Assembly: GCA_965221695.1 (NCBI GenBank)
Contig: OZ244905.1
Location: 1,376,001-1,440,000 of the forward strand
Reading direction: 5' to 3'
Origin: Gammaproteobacteria bacterium
GTDB taxonomy: Bacteria; Pseudomonadota; Gammaproteobacteria; Eutrophobiales; Eutrophobiaceae
DNA length: 64,000 bases
The position numbers and the translations under genes were made by a program. Below the pieces are notes generated by a model that saw only the letters and a list, made by a program, of their open reading frames with translations, did not search any database and was not told the DNA's origin. Shown here in pieces: positions 29,408 to 39,956 of this stretch (positions within the stretch are counted from its first letter, which is position 1; each line of letters starts with the position of its first letter).

Positions 29408-30546
29408 ACTTTTTGCGGATTAAGCCCACGCGCTATCTTGTGGCGCTGTTGCTGATTGTCCCTGCCCTGTGCAAGGCCGACAGGAAAGCGACTGCTGAAC
29501 AGGAAATCGAGTCGGTCAAGTCCAGGATCCAGACGCTTCAGACCCGGATCAGATCGGCAGAAAACGAGGTTGAGCAAATGCTGGCCGAGTTGCGCGGATA
29601 TGAAACCTCGGCTGCCGAAATCAACGTGGCGCTCACACGGATCAATTCGGATATTGAGACCGGACAGGAAAAGTTGGCAGTCCTGAGCGAAGAACTTCAA
29701 CGGCTCAGCGAGCAACTGCGTAGGGAAACAGCGCTGCTGGCCGAACAGGCGCGCGCCATGCACCGCACCGGTAGGAACGACTACCTGAAACTGCTGTTGA
29801 ACCAGGAGGACCCGGCCCTGTTCGGAAGAACCCTGGCGTACTACGACTATTACAACCGGGCCAGGACCGAGCGGATTGAAGTAGTCAAGTTGGCGCAGGA
29901 ACGAAGCAAAACATTACAGGAAACCCTACGCATCGAAACGGAAGGACTGATTTCCTTGCGCTCCGACAAGGAGGAAAAACTGGCGGAACTAGCGGAGCAA
30001 CGCAAAGGCCGCGAGCAATTGCTGGCCCGCTCAAGACGTTTTATCGATGATCAGGGACAACAGCTACAGATCCTGTTGAATACGGAACGGGAATTGGGAA
30101 CATTGCTCAACAGGCTTAACCGCAACGAACGAGAGTTTGAACAGGAATCCCCGTTTGCCAGTCTGAAAGGAAAACTGCGGTGGCCGGTGCGCGGCAGGAT
30201 CATAAGCCGCTATGGGGAGTTCAGAAAAGGCGGAAGACTCAAATCCCGAGGGATCACCTTTGCCGCCGCAGCCGGGACTGAGGTGCGCGCGGTCAGTTCC
30301 GGCACAGTCGTCTACGCGGACTGGTTCAGGAACCTGGGCCTGTTGATGATCCTGGATCATGGAGACGGATATATGAGTCTGTACGGATATAATGAAGTAT
30401 TGCTGAAACAGGCTGGAGACCGGGTGGACAGGAATAATCCAATTGCCAGAGCCGGAGATACGGGAGGCCAACCGCGTCCCGGCCTCTATTTCGAGATCAG
30501 GCGGGCTGGGAACCCGTTGAATCCTTCTTTATGGTGCAGGAGTTGA
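29401..30546 (+). CDS. envC: Murein hydrolase activator EnvC (coiled coil plus degenerate M23)
   Basis: KLLLNQEDP, WPVRG, LDHGDGYMSLYG, LYFEIR; between gpmI and ctpA. Confidence 0.88.
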   Translation: MLNFLRIKPTRYLVALLLIVPALCKADRKATAEQEIESVKSRIQTLQTRIRSAENEVEQMLAELRGYETSAAEINVALTRINSDIETGQEKLAVLSEELQRLSEQLRRETALLAEQARAMHRTGRNDYLKLLLNQEDPALFGRTLAYYDYYNRARTERIEVVKLAQERSKTLQETLRIETEGLISLRSDKEEKLAELAEQRKGREQLLARSRRFIDDQGQQLQILLNTERELGTLLNRLNRNEREFEQESPFASLKGKLRWPVRGRIISRYGEFRKGGRLKSRGITFAAAAGTEVRAVSSGTVVYADWFRNLGLLMILDHGDGYMSLYGYNEVLLKQAGDRVDRNNPIARAGDTGGQPRPGLYFEIRRAGNPLNPSLWCRS

Positions 30547-30547
30547 T

Positions 30548-31861
30548 ATGAAAATAAAATCCGTAATAGCAGTCGTGTGCAGCCTGCTTGTCATTGTGGT
30601 GGGCCCGCACTCCGAGACTAGAGCTGCCGTTGAGCCGGGAGAACTGCCTATCGATGAGATCAGGGCATTTGTCGAGGTGTTCACGAAGATTAAGAAAGAC
30701 TATGTGGAAGATGTGGAGGACGACGTGTTGCTGGAAAACGCGATCAGAGGCATGCTGGAAGGCCTGGACCCGCATTCGTCCTACCTGGATGAAGAAGCCT
30801 ACCAGAACCTTCAAGAGGGGACCACCGGAGAATTTGGCGGCCTGGGCATTGAGGTAGGCATGGAAGACGGGTTTATTAAAGTCATCTCGCCCATCGACGA
30901 TACCCCGGCGCAAAAGGCGGGCTTGCAGGCCGGCGACCTGATTATCCGGCTGGATGAAACCCCGGTGAAAGGCATGTCCCTGAATGACGCCGTGCTGCGT
31001 ATGCGCGGAGAACCGGGAACCGATATCACCCTGACCGTCATCAGAGAAGGCGCAGAAAAACCGCTGAAACTGACTATTACCCGGGATATTATCAAAGTAA
31101 AAAGCGTCAGGAGCCAGACCCTTGAACCCGGTTTCGGATACTTGCGTATCTCTCATTTTCAATCCCGCACTGCGGAGGACGCAAGAGTCGAGTTGCAACA
31201 GTTGAAGCAGGACAACGGCGGCGCCCTGAACGGGCTTGTGCTCGATCTCAGGAATAACCCCGGCGGTATCCTTAACGCAGCCGTTAACGTGTCTGACCTG
31301 TTTCTGGATAAGGGTTTGATTGTTTATACGGAAGGTCGCATCGATGATTCAAAATTAAGATTCAACGCAAAGCCGACAGACCTGCTGGATAACGCGCCGG
31401 TTGTCGTGCTGGTGAATGCCGGTTCCGCTTCCGCTTCCGAAATTGTGGCAGGCGCGCTACAGGACCACAAACGCGCGATCATCATGGGTCAGAAGACCTT
31501 TGGCAAAGGCTCGGTACAAACCGTCCTCCCGGTGTCCAACTCGGCAGCCCTTAAATTGACCACTGCGCGTTATTACACGCCTTCCGGGCGTTCCATACAG
31601 GTTTACGGCATAGAACCCGATGTCGCTCTGACCCGCGCCAGGTTCGAATCCCTGGAAGACGAAAGCTTGAATATCATCACCGAGGAAAATCTGGACAGAC
31701 GCCTGGATAACAATTCGGGAGAGCGCCCGGAAGGAGATGGGGCGGCAACGAAAACGGAGGAGGAAAGTGAAGTCCGGCTCACGCAGGATTATGCCCTGCA
31801 GCAGGCGCTGAACGTGTTGAAAAGTTTGCATATCCTGGGCCAGATAAACCCGCCACAATAA
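30548..31861 (+). CDS. ctpA: S41 carboxyl-terminal protease
   Basis: LDPHS, PDZ GLGIEV, DLRNNPGG, SASASEIVAGALQD, FGKGSVQ. Confidence 0.93.
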   Translation: MKIKSVIAVVCSLLVIVVGPHSETRAAVEPGELPIDEIRAFVEVFTKIKKDYVEDVEDDVLLENAIRGMLEGLDPHSSYLDEEAYQNLQEGTTGEFGGLGIEVGMEDGFIKVISPIDDTPAQKAGLQAGDLIIRLDETPVKGMSLNDAVLRMRGEPGTDITLTVIREGAEKPLKLTITRDIIKVKSVRSQTLEPGFGYLRISHFQSRTAEDARVELQQLKQDNGGALNGLVLDLRNNPGGILNAAVNVSDLFLDKGLIVYTEGRIDDSKLRFNAKPTDLLDNAPVVVLVNAGSASASEIVAGALQDHKRAIIMGQKTFGKGSVQTVLPVSNSAALKLTTARYYTPSGRSIQVYGIEPDVALTRARFESLEDESLNIITEENLDRRLDNNSGERPEGDGAATKTEEESEVRLTQDYALQQALNVLKSLHILGQINPPQ

Positions 31862-31885
31862 TTGCGCCTAGCGCAAATGGCCCGT

Positions 31886-33547
31886 CTACAGTTCACTCAT
31901 TACCTTAAGGATCAGCCAGCCGCCGGCCAACCCGAGCAGCGCGGGCAACAAGGGAAAACCGCTTATCAGTGTCGCGGGAGCGGCGACGAAGTGGAATATC
32001 AGGGCCGCCAGGATCAGGGCGCAACCAAGTATCGCGCGGATATTATTACTGTTATTCCTGCGCAATTCTCTGCGCAGCCCGTCGACATCGCCTGATTTCA
32101 ACTCGACCTGGAAGCGACCGTCGTGCAGGCGATCCACCAACTCCATTACCCTGTGCGGGAATTGGGGCAAGCGGTTGACCCAATAGGGAACGGTGTCCCG
32201 CGTGCCCTTGAGCAAAGCTCGCAGGCCCACGCGGCTGTCCATCCAGCGCTGCATGATAGGTTTTGCTGTTGCCCAGAGATCCAGCTCTGGGTAGAGTTGG
32301 CGACCCAACCCTTCAATATTGACCAGGGTCTTTTGCAACAACACCAGTTGCGGCAGGATCACCATGTTGAACTGCCGGGCGGTCTGGAACAGCCGCAACA
32401 ACAGCGCTCCGATTGACATCTCGCGGATGGGCCGGTCGAACATGGGTTCGCAAACGGTGCGAATGGCAAACTCGAACTCATCCACTCTGACACCGGGCGG
32501 GACCCAACCTGATTCGATATGCAATTCGGCAACGCGGCGGTAATCGCGGTTCAGAAATGCCAGGAAGTTGTCAGCCATATAGCGCTGATCGTATTCACTG
32601 AGGGAACTCATGATGCCGAAATCCACCATCATGATACGCGCCTTGCCGTCTGCCAGCGGTTCTATGAAAATATTGCCGGGGTGCATGTCTGCGTGGAAAA
32701 AGCTGTCCCGAAATACCTGGGTGAAGAAAATCTCCACCCCGCGTTCAGCCAGCCATTTCAAGTCCACGCCCGCTTGTTCCAACGCCACCGTATCACTCAC
32801 GGGTATCCCGGACACACGTTCCATTACCATCACATCCCGGCCTGTTAACTCCCATACAACCTCGGGAACGTACAACACATCGGAGCCGGAAAAATTGCGG
32901 CGCAATTGCGATGCCGACGCCGCTTCCCGCATCAAATCGAGTTCATTGAACAACGTTTTCTCAAACTCCTCGACCACCGAGGTGGGTTTCAGGCGCCGTG
33001 CGTCTCTGGAATAGCGCTCCACGGTCTCTGCGAGGATGTGGATAATGCCGAGGTCGCGGCCAATCACCTTGTTTATTTCAGGACGTATCACCTTGACAAT
33101 CATCGCCCGCCCGTCCTGTAGCGTGGCGGCATGGACCTGGGCCACCGAGGCGGACGCCAGTGGTGTTTCATCAAATTCCAGGAATATGTCCTCGATACTT
33201 TTTCCCAGCGAACGTTCGATGATCTGCCTGGCAATGCTGCCGGGAAAAGGCGCCACCTTGTCCTGCAGCTTCGCCAGTTCCAGCGCGACGTCGTCCGGCA
33301 GCATATCGCGCCGGGTCGACAACAACTGGCCGAATTTGACGTAAATCGGCCCCAGGTCTTCCAGGGCCAGGCGCAGCCTCACACCCCGGGAATCATCCAG
33401 CTTGCGAAACCAGTTCCAGGGCAACAAGCGCTGCAGCCACCTGACCGAATGAAACAGGCGCAGCGTGAACACCAATTCATCCAGCCCGTGTTTGACGAGC
33501 ACACGCTGTATCGTGAGCAACCTGAAAAATTGTCCTAGGGTTAACAT
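31886..33547 (-). CDS. ubiB: Ubiquinone biosynthesis kinase-like protein
   Basis: LGPIYVKFGQ, ASASVAQVH, FFHADMHPGN, DFGI. Confidence 0.95.
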   Translation of the reverse strand: MLTLGQFFRLLTIQRVLVKHGLDELVFTLRLFHSVRWLQRLLPWNWFRKLDDSRGVRLRLALEDLGPIYVKFGQLLSTRRDMLPDDVALELAKLQDKVAPFPGSIARQIIERSLGKSIEDIFLEFDETPLASASVAQVHAATLQDGRAMIVKVIRPEINKVIGRDLGIIHILAETVERYSRDARRLKPTSVVEEFEKTLFNELDLMREAASASQLRRNFSGSDVLYVPEVVWELTGRDVMVMERVSGIPVSDTVALEQAGVDLKWLAERGVEIFFTQVFRDSFFHADMHPGNIFIEPLADGKARIMMVDFGIMSSLSEYDQRYMADNFLAFLNRDYRRVAELHIESGWVPPGVRVDEFEFAIRTVCEPMFDRPIREMSIGALLLRLFQTARQFNMVILPQLVLLQKTLVNIEGLGRQLYPELDLWATAKPIMQRWMDSRVGLRALLKGTRDTVPYWVNRLPQFPHRVMELVDRLHDGRFQVELKSGDVDGLRRELRRNNSNNIRAILGCALILAALIFHFVAAPATLISGFPLLPALLGLAGGWLILKVMSEL

Positions 33548-33589
33548 TGCATCGAAATCATGGGGTTAGATCCCTGACCTACGCCCCAC

Positions 33590-33680
33590 CCATTCCCGCG
33601 AAAGCGGGAATCCAGTGAAACAAAAGGTCGCCCTCCGGGCGACACAGAATCTGACTGGACTCCCGCTTTCGCGGGAGTGG
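33590..33680. repeat. ~90 bp three-hairpin REP/RIME-like repeat, copy 2
   Basis: cattcccgcgaaagcgggaatccag...gtcgccctccgggcgac...ctggactcccgctttcgcgggagtg. Confidence 0.85.
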
Positions 33681-33711
33681 TACGGAGGCATGTCTTGGTT
33701 TATGCCAAAAG

Positions 33712-34329
33712 TTACATGCAGTCGGGACGTGCAGAGCTAAGATCATCAGGGTTTAGTTTATTTACTCTTTGTTTCAGGCGTTCCACGTCATCGCGTAATT
33801 CGTCCACTGCGTGATTGAAGCGATCAATTTCATCGCGGTCCGGCAGTATTTCCTTTTCGTACAATACATATTCGCCCAGGTCCAGTTCAATCTTGTCCTT
33901 CAGGTGACGGATAAAACCGGCGCCGCTGCGCGCGAGATTTGCTGCCTTGTGCGCCAGGGTATCGCCGAGCGCTTGTGCGGCCTGCTCTTCCAGGTCGACC
34001 TCGAACCTGCGCATCAGCCGTTGAAAATCCTGCGCCAGGCCCAGGTCACCCCGTATCTCCAGGTTCCCGACCGCGGCCGGCTGGCCCTGCCCGGAGGAAC
34101 GCATATATGCGAGCAGGTTGAGCGGCGCACCCCGGATCAGCACATCGGCCTCTGCGGCGTGATCCGTTTCGATGCGCAGCGCGCGATCCTGAATCACCAG
34201 GCTGATCACGGGCTGCGCGGTGTTCAGCAGTTCCACCTGGATTACCTTGCCTGACAGGCAGGCCAACTCTTCCAGGGTTTCCGGGTCCTGCAACAGCAGA
34301 TTGTTCAGCACGCGTTCCAAGGGTTTCAT
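33712..34329 (-). CDS. ubiJ: Ubiquinone biosynthesis accessory factor (SCP2 domain)
   Basis: LEIRGD, DLEE...GD, EY..YE, LRDDVERL; between ubiE and ubiB. Confidence 0.85.
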   Translation of the reverse strand: MKPLERVLNNLLLQDPETLEELACLSGKVIQVELLNTAQPVISLVIQDRALRIETDHAAEADVLIRGAPLNLLAYMRSSGQGQPAAVGNLEIRGDLGLAQDFQRLMRRFEVDLEEQAAQALGDTLAHKAANLARSGAGFIRHLKDKIELDLGEYVLYEKEILPDRDEIDRFNHAVDELRDDVERLKQRVNKLNPDDLSSARPDCM

Positions 34330-35060
34330 AACTTGTAACCCTGGTGCAAGGCGACGATGCCGCCGTTCAGGTTCAGGTAGTCGACGCGGGAAAAACCGGC
34401 TTCCTCCAGCAATGTTTTCAGGCTATCCTGGTCCGGGTGCATCCTGATGGACTCGACCAGGTAACGGTAGCTGTCGGGGTCTTGCAGCGCCAGTTTCCCC
34501 AGCGCGGGAATAACATGGAACGAGTAACTGTCATAAATGCGCCTGAACAGGTCCGAGGTTACCCGCGAGAATTCCAGCACAAGGACCCGGCCGCCATATC
34601 TGAGTCCGGCATGAATGGCGCGCAGCGCCGCCGGTTTGTCGGTCATATTACGCAGACCAAAGGCCAGAGTCGCGCATTCGAAGCTGTTATCGGCAAACGG
34701 CAGGCGTTCCGCGTCCGCTTGTACGTAATACATATCATTGACCAGTCCCCTGTCCGCAAGCTTGTCCCGGCCAAAATTCAGCATGGCCTCGTTGATATCG
34801 CAAGAGACGACTTCATAGCCGGCCTGGTTCAGCAGGGCAGCGAGATCGCCGGTGCCGGATGCGACATCCAGCACGCGCGCGCCGGGTTGCAGACCGGCCA
34901 AGTGAACACACAGGCGTTTCCAGAGCCGGTGTATACCGAAGGACATCAGGTCGTTCATCAGGTCGTAGCGTGATGCGACCGAGCTGAAGATCGCCTCCAC
35001 ACGCCGGGCTTTTTCTTCCCGGGGAACCTTACGGAAACCGAAATCGACCGATTGTTTCAT
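34326..35060 (-). CDS. ubiE: Ubiquinone/menaquinone C-methyltransferase
   Basis: DFGF, SVASRYDLMNDLMSFGIHRLWK, LDVASGTGD, YLVESIRMHP; start at MKQSV. Confidence 0.95.
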   Translation of the reverse strand: MKQSVDFGFRKVPREEKARRVEAIFSSVASRYDLMNDLMSFGIHRLWKRLCVHLAGLQPGARVLDVASGTGDLAALLNQAGYEVVSCDINEAMLNFGRDKLADRGLVNDMYYVQADAERLPFADNSFECATLAFGLRNMTDKPAALRAIHAGLRYGGRVLVLEFSRVTSDLFRRIYDSYSFHVIPALGKLALQDPDSYRYLVESIRMHPDQDSLKTLLEEAGFSRVDYLNLNGGIVALHQGYKL

Positions 35061-35410
35061 GTAACCCGGCGCTTGTAACCCGCCTTTTCCAGCGCAGCCA
35101 GGTAAGATGCCCAATGCCTTTCCTGGCGCTCGCCCAACTGGTACAGGTAATCCCAGGTATAGATGCCGGAGTTATGCCCGTCGTCAAAGCATAGTTTCAA
35201 CGCATAGCTCCCGACCGGCTCGACCGTATCGATATTCACGTTTTCCTTGCCCGTCTGCAATACCTCCTGGCCGGGCCCATGGCCGCGCACTTCGGCAGAG
35301 GGAGAATACACCCGCAGCAGTTCGCAACCGAGGCTGAAACTGTTCCCGTCCGGGTATTCCAGCACCAGGCAACGTGATTTTTTCTTTAAGCTGACGGATA
35401 CGGGTTTCAT
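35057..35410 (-). CDS. DUF971 / gamma-butyrobetaine hydroxylase N-terminal-like protein
   Basis: LRVYSPSAEVRGHG, FDDGHNSGIYTW. Confidence 0.9.
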   Translation of the reverse strand: MKPVSVSLKKKSRCLVLEYPDGNSFSLGCELLRVYSPSAEVRGHGPGQEVLQTGKENVNIDTVEPVGSYALKLCFDDGHNSGIYTWDYLYQLGERQERHWASYLAALEKAGYKRRVT

Positions 35411-35416
35411 GACCGT

Positions 35417-36736
35417 TCAGAGAATATAGCGCGTCAGGTCCTCGTCCTTGATCAGGTCTTCCAGGTGGTCGTCCACGTACTTGGCATCTATTCTTATGCT
35501 GTTCTCTACCTGGTCGGGGGCCTCGAAAGACAGAGTCTCAAGCAGCCGCTCCATCACTGTGTGCAAGCGCCGGGCGCCGATATTCTCTGTGGACTCGTTA
35601 ACCTGCCAGGCGATCTCGGCGATGCGTGCGATACCATCGTCTGAAAACGACAGGTCCACCTGTTCGGTCTGCAACAGCGCCGTGTACTGTTGCGTCAGCG
35701 ACGCGTCGGGTTCGACCAGGATACGGCTGAACTCGACCACGCCCAGGGCATCAAGTTCGACCCGTATCGGCAACCGGCCCTGCAGTTCGGGGATCAGGTC
35801 GGAGGGTTTGGAAAAATGGAATGCGCCGGACGCAATGAACAGTATGTGGTCCGTTTTCACCATGCCGTAGCGGGTCGTCACCGTGGAGCCTTCCACCAAC
35901 GGCAGCAGGTCGCGCTGCACGCCTTCCCTGGATACATCCGCGCCGCTTACCTCGGCGCGGCGCGTGACCTTGTCAATCTCGTCGAGGAATACCAGGCCGT
36001 TCTGTTCCACGTTCTCCAGGGCCCTGACCTTGATCTCATCCTCGTTCACCATTTTCGCGGCCTCTTCTTCCGCGAGGATCTTGAGCGCCTCCTTGATCCT
36101 CACTTTTCTCGTGCGCTTTTTTTCGCTGCCGATACTCTGGAACAGCCCCTGCAACTGGCTGGTCATCTCCTCCATACCGGGTGGCGCCATGATCTCCACG
36201 CCGATGGCCGGCATGCTGACTTCTATTTCAATCTCCTTGTCATTCAATTCACCGCTCTTTAATAACGCACGAAACCTCTCCCTGGTAGCGCTGGCCTGCT
36301 CTTCTTCCGGGCTCATTCGGGGCGGCGGCAACATGATATCCAACACCCGGTTCTCCGCGGCCAGTTCGGCCCGATCCCGCACTTTGTCCATTTCTTCCTC
36401 GCGGGTCATTTTTACGGCCACATCCGCCAGGTCGCGCACGATGGATTCGACATCCCTGCCGACATACCCCACTTCCGTAAACTTGGTTGCCTCAATCTTG
36501 ATGAAAGGCGCGTTCGCCAGCTTCGCCAAGCGCCGCGCAATCTCCGTTTTTCCCACCCCGGTAGGTCCTATCATAAGAATATTCTTCGGCGTGATCTCGT
36601 TTCTCAATTCCTCGTTGACCTGGGCGCGGCGCCAGCGGTTACGCAATGCAATCGCGACCGCGCGCTTGGCCGCATCCTGGCCGATGATATGTTTGTCCAG
36701 TTCCAAGACGATCTGTTTCGGCGTCAGCGCTTCCAT
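35417..36736 (-). CDS. hslU: ATP-dependent protease ATPase subunit
   Basis: [40 protein letters not shown]. Confidence 0.97.
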   Translation of the reverse strand: MEALTPKQIVLELDKHIIGQDAAKRAVAIALRNRWRRAQVNEELRNEITPKNILMIGPTGVGKTEIARRLAKLANAPFIKIEATKFTEVGYVGRDVESIVRDLADVAVKMTREEEMDKVRDRAELAAENRVLDIMLPPPRMSPEEEQASATRERFRALLKSGELNDKEIEIEVSMPAIGVEIMAPPGMEEMTSQLQGLFQSIGSEKKRTRKVRIKEALKILAEEEAAKMVNEDEIKVRALENVEQNGLVFLDEIDKVTRRAEVSGADVSREGVQRDLLPLVEGSTVTTRYGMVKTDHILFIASGAFHFSKPSDLIPELQGRLPIRVELDALGVVEFSRILVEPDASLTQQYTALLQTEQVDLSFSDDGIARIAEIAWQVNESTENIGARRLHTVMERLLETLSFEAPDQVENSIRIDAKYVDDHLEDLIKDEDLTRYIL

Positions 36737-37290
36737 TATGATTTCGCTCCTTCACAAGGCAGTTCTTCAATGGTGATATGAGTGTTTGTGTAAATACAGA
36801 TGTCGGCGGCAATGTGCAAGGCTTTTTCGACAACCTCGCGCGCGTCCAGTTCCGTGTTTTCCAGCAGCGCCAGCGCCGCAGCCTTCGCATAAGCGCCCCC
36901 GGAACCGATAGCCATGACACCGGTTTCCGGCTCTATTACATCGCCGTTACCGGAAATCAGCAGGGAACTGGATTTGTCGGCAACGCAGAGCATCGCCTCC
37001 AGGCGTCGCAAGATCCGGTCCGTGCGCCAGTCCTTGGCCAGTTCGACAGCCGATCGTACCAGGTGGCCCTGGTAGGATTCCAGCTTGGCGTCGAAGCGTT
37101 CGAACAGGGTGAACGCATCCGCGGTCCCACCGGCAAAGCCTGCTATGACCTGATCCCGGTACAGCTTCCTGATCTTGCTGGCATTGCCTTTCATCACGGT
37201 GTCGCCCAGGGATACCTGGCCGTCACCGCCGATGACCACTTTGTTACCCCGCCGCACCGACAGGATTGTTGTTCCTCTGAATTGTTCCAA
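36736..37290 (-). CDS. hslV: ATP-dependent protease peptidase subunit
   Basis: [35 protein letters not shown]. Confidence 0.97.
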   Translation of the reverse strand: MEQFRGTTILSVRRGNKVVIGGDGQVSLGDTVMKGNASKIRKLYRDQVIAGFAGGTADAFTLFERFDAKLESYQGHLVRSAVELAKDWRTDRILRRLEAMLCVADKSSSLLISGNGDVIEPETGVMAIGSGGAYAKAAALALLENTELDAREVVEKALHIAADICIYTNTHITIEELPCEGAKS

Positions 37291-37336
37291 TCAATCTCTC
37301 CGGATTACAAACTTGTTATTTTATCGATATATGGGG

Positions 37337-38623
37337 TCAGAGTAAAAATTCTGCAATGCGCTGCGCCGCATTTTTCAACTCTTCGTTGATGGATTCAATG
37401 CCGGTTCCGGTGACGATGACGCTGAGTAGCGGGTGACCTTGTTTGATTTCAGTACCCGTGGCCGGGACGTCCGCTATGCAGAACCCTTCCAGGGGGAACT
37501 CATTGAACACAAGGTCTTTCGGCGCAAACAGGATGGCCTTGCCGATTAACCGGCGGGGGCCGTGGGTTTCCGCTTTTATCGGGTTGCCCTGGTACTGCTG
37601 ATGTAATGACTGTCCTGTTTTCGCTCGCTGCTCTGATGGTTGTCGTGTTTTTTCCTCATTTCGTGGGTGTCCCAATTTTATTGCTTCGTGAGCTTGCGTT
37701 CCCGATGGGCGGACCGCACAGGCGTCATAATGAAGCCGCAGCACGTGAATGCCCAAGGCAAGCTCCAGCACCTCGACCGATGCGGTGTAGCGGGGGTTGA
37801 CTTCGATGGGATGGATGACCTGTTCGTGCCGAATCGCATCGATGCCGAACAACCCGCGCAGTTCAAACCCGGTTGCGACCGCCGCGCCGATATTCTCCCA
37901 TTGTTTGCGCTCCCGCTCATTCAACTCAAGCGGGCCGATACTGCCACAATAGCTGAATTCACCGGCATGGAACGCCGGCATGCCCACCAGTTGGCGCGTG
38001 ACTCCCAATAACCGAGTCTCGTCGGACGCGGCGACAAACACCGCCGAACAGCTCTCGCCAGACAGGTGTTGTTGCAGGAAATAACCCGGCTCGATGGTTT
38101 CACCCTGGTGGCGCCGGATGCCGATGCCGCCAGCGCCGGACCGGGGTTTCACGAGCCAATCGCCTGAGGCGGCGTTGTTCACGGCATCGCTTCTGACGCT
38201 GGTTGAAGAGATAGCCGGGGGGTTGCTGGCCGCGCCGGGGTCGGTGGTGACGCCGGCGCCGCCTCTGACAACCGGACAGGGGATTCGGTTGCGTTGCAGC
38301 GCTTCGAATAAACGAAACGGGTCCTTCACGCTAAGACAGACCGTCTCCGGATTACCCAGCAGTGTCCGGCGTGCGCTAAGCTGTGCCAGAACAGCCGGAT
38401 GGTTTTCCAATGCGCCGGTATAGATAAACGGCGCCTCCGGCGCCTGGTCGATCAGTTTGACAGCCTGACCGGGATAGGGAGATATAATTTGTCCGGGAAA
38501 ACGCTGCCGCAGGTCCGTATCCCCAAACTGGTCCAGCCAGTACGGCGCAAATCCGGCCCGCTGCGCTGAAGCCGCCGCCGCCCTGGCGCTGGCGCCGACG
38601 ATGATTAGCGATTTGTTACTCAT
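37337..38623 (-). CDS. ATP-grasp ligase, OrfY-like (H4MPT/methylofuran pathway associated)
   Basis: GASARAAAASA.RAG...D.FGD.D, LLGN, KP..GAGGIGI, YCGSIGP, GLFGID, EVNPRYTAS, ADVP. Confidence 0.75.
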   Translation of the reverse strand: MSNKSLIIVGASARAAAASAQRAGFAPYWLDQFGDTDLRQRFPGQIISPYPGQAVKLIDQAPEAPFIYTGALENHPAVLAQLSARRTLLGNPETVCLSVKDPFRLFEALQRNRIPCPVVRGGAGVTTDPGAASNPPAISSTSVRSDAVNNAASGDWLVKPRSGAGGIGIRRHQGETIEPGYFLQQHLSGESCSAVFVAASDETRLLGVTRQLVGMPAFHAGEFSYCGSIGPLELNERERKQWENIGAAVATGFELRGLFGIDAIRHEQVIHPIEVNPRYTASVEVLELALGIHVLRLHYDACAVRPSGTQAHEAIKLGHPRNEEKTRQPSEQRAKTGQSLHQQYQGNPIKAETHGPRRLIGKAILFAPKDLVFNEFPLEGFCIADVPATGTEIKQGHPLLSVIVTGTGIESINEELKNAAQRIAEFLL

Positions 38624-38624
38624 G

Positions 38625-38664
38625 AGTCAGAGGTTGCTACGGCACAAGCAAGTGACGCCAAATC
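38625..38664. repeat. Decayed fragment of the five-hairpin element
   Basis: agtcagaggttgctacggcacaagc versus agtcagaggttcctacgatacaagg at 60611-60635; abuts the orfY-like start codon. Confidence 0.5.
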
Positions 38665-38725
38665 CTTGTGCCGGTAGTTTGGTTGTGTCCTTGGCCTTAT
38701 TTTGTCTGAACCGAAACGGATAAGT

Positions 38726-39238
38726 TTACCCTTGTATATTATTTGTCAGACGGTGTTCATCATCAACCAGCGCTACCTTAGCTGTCCCATGATTGCCCCA
38801 GCGCCAGAATACCAGGTTGAGATCATCCGCGCCGGCTCCCGGTGCGAAACTCCGGACGCGCATACCCAAGTAACCGGCTTCGATCAACCGGTCGGCAAGA
38901 TGCTGTGACGCAGGCACGATACCCGCCAACATTTCCTGCTCCCAGTTCCGGCAAAATATCTCTTCTGTCTTGACTCCCTGCGCCTCTTGCTCTGACGGAT
39001 CCAACGCATCGAAAACAGGCTCGGCATCGACCCCGTAGGCGCACAGGGTAATCGGCTGCAATGGCCGCCCTACCTGGCTGGCCTCTCTGATGGCTGTGAT
39101 GGGAGAGAGGGACGTGTAAAGCGCCGGGACTCCTATTCGGTTGAAACGGCCTCCATGGCGGCGCGCGCCTTCTCCCGAAGTCGGCTCCCAAGTCCAGCGC
39201 GGGTTATGTGCGCGATAGACGAGGCCGCGAAAGCGCAT
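38726..39238 (-). CDS. RES domain toxin (NAD+ phosphorylase-like)
   Basis: YRAH.P.W...PTSGEGA...GGRFN..G..ALYTS, TAIREA, SQ.LA, VRSFA, NLVFW. Confidence 0.9.
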   Translation of the reverse strand: MRFRGLVYRAHNPRWTWEPTSGEGARRHGGRFNRIGVPALYTSLSPITAIREASQVGRPLQPITLCAYGVDAEPVFDALDPSEQEAQGVKTEEIFCRNWEQEMLAGIVPASQHLADRLIEAGYLGMRVRSFAPGAGADDLNLVFWRWGNHGTAKVALVDDEHRLTNNIQG

Positions 39239-39315
39239 CAGCAGGACGAGGTATTACCCTCGCACTTCTCAGTCCGCTTGTTGCTTGCGGGAACATGTTT
39301 GCTGTCAAATACCGC

Positions 39316-39669
39316 TCAGGCATAACCGCCGGCCATGATTCGGTCGAGATGCGCGTGGACATCATCGGCCTTGCCTTCCCGCACCAGTTGGTCGGGAGTC
39401 ATACCGCCAAAGCCGGATAATGGCTCTGCGCGAAACCAGGCATAAGCTGCCAGGTCTGAACCCGTGTGGGCCGATACCCGGTGGAGAATTTCAAGCATCT
39501 GGCGCAAGCGCGTCTGTGTCTTCCTGGCCCGGATGCGAGAAGCGCGCGAAAAAGCATCCTGCCCCAACCCCAGCGTATGTGCAATCTCACCCCGGGTCGT
39601 GCGCAGGGCGGTGGCGACAAGCGCGGGCGAGAAAACCTGATCTTTAACGAATTCCTGGAAATTCATCAT
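39316..39669 (-). CDS. Xre/MbcA/ParS-type antitoxin
   Basis: AYAWFRAEPLSGFGGMTPDQLVREG...LDRIMAGGYA; upstream of the RES toxin. Start uncertain (39669 or 39678). Confidence 0.88.
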   Translation of the reverse strand: MMNFQEFVKDQVFSPALVATALRTTRGEIAHTLGLGQDAFSRASRIRARKTQTRLRQMLEILHRVSAHTGSDLAAYAWFRAEPLSGFGGMTPDQLVREGKADDVHAHLDRIMAGGYA

Positions 39670-39956
39670 ATACCTCAAGAATTTTAACGCATTTAAACGT
39701 AATAATAAATGATAATTACAGGGGTCTCAACTATTTTTGAGACTCTCGATACTTTCCGGAGGTACACCTGTCACAAGGAGTTCGTACTCAGGTGGATTTC
39801 GACGAGCGTAGCGCCTCAAACGATGATAGAAACGGCTGAAACAGGACGAACCGGCCGTGCGCCGCATCTTGGATGCACCCCTTCCCCTTCAGGCTCATTT
39901 CATATTGGAATACACTGCGCTAGCGCAAGAGTCAGTGACCTGCTATACTCGTTTGG

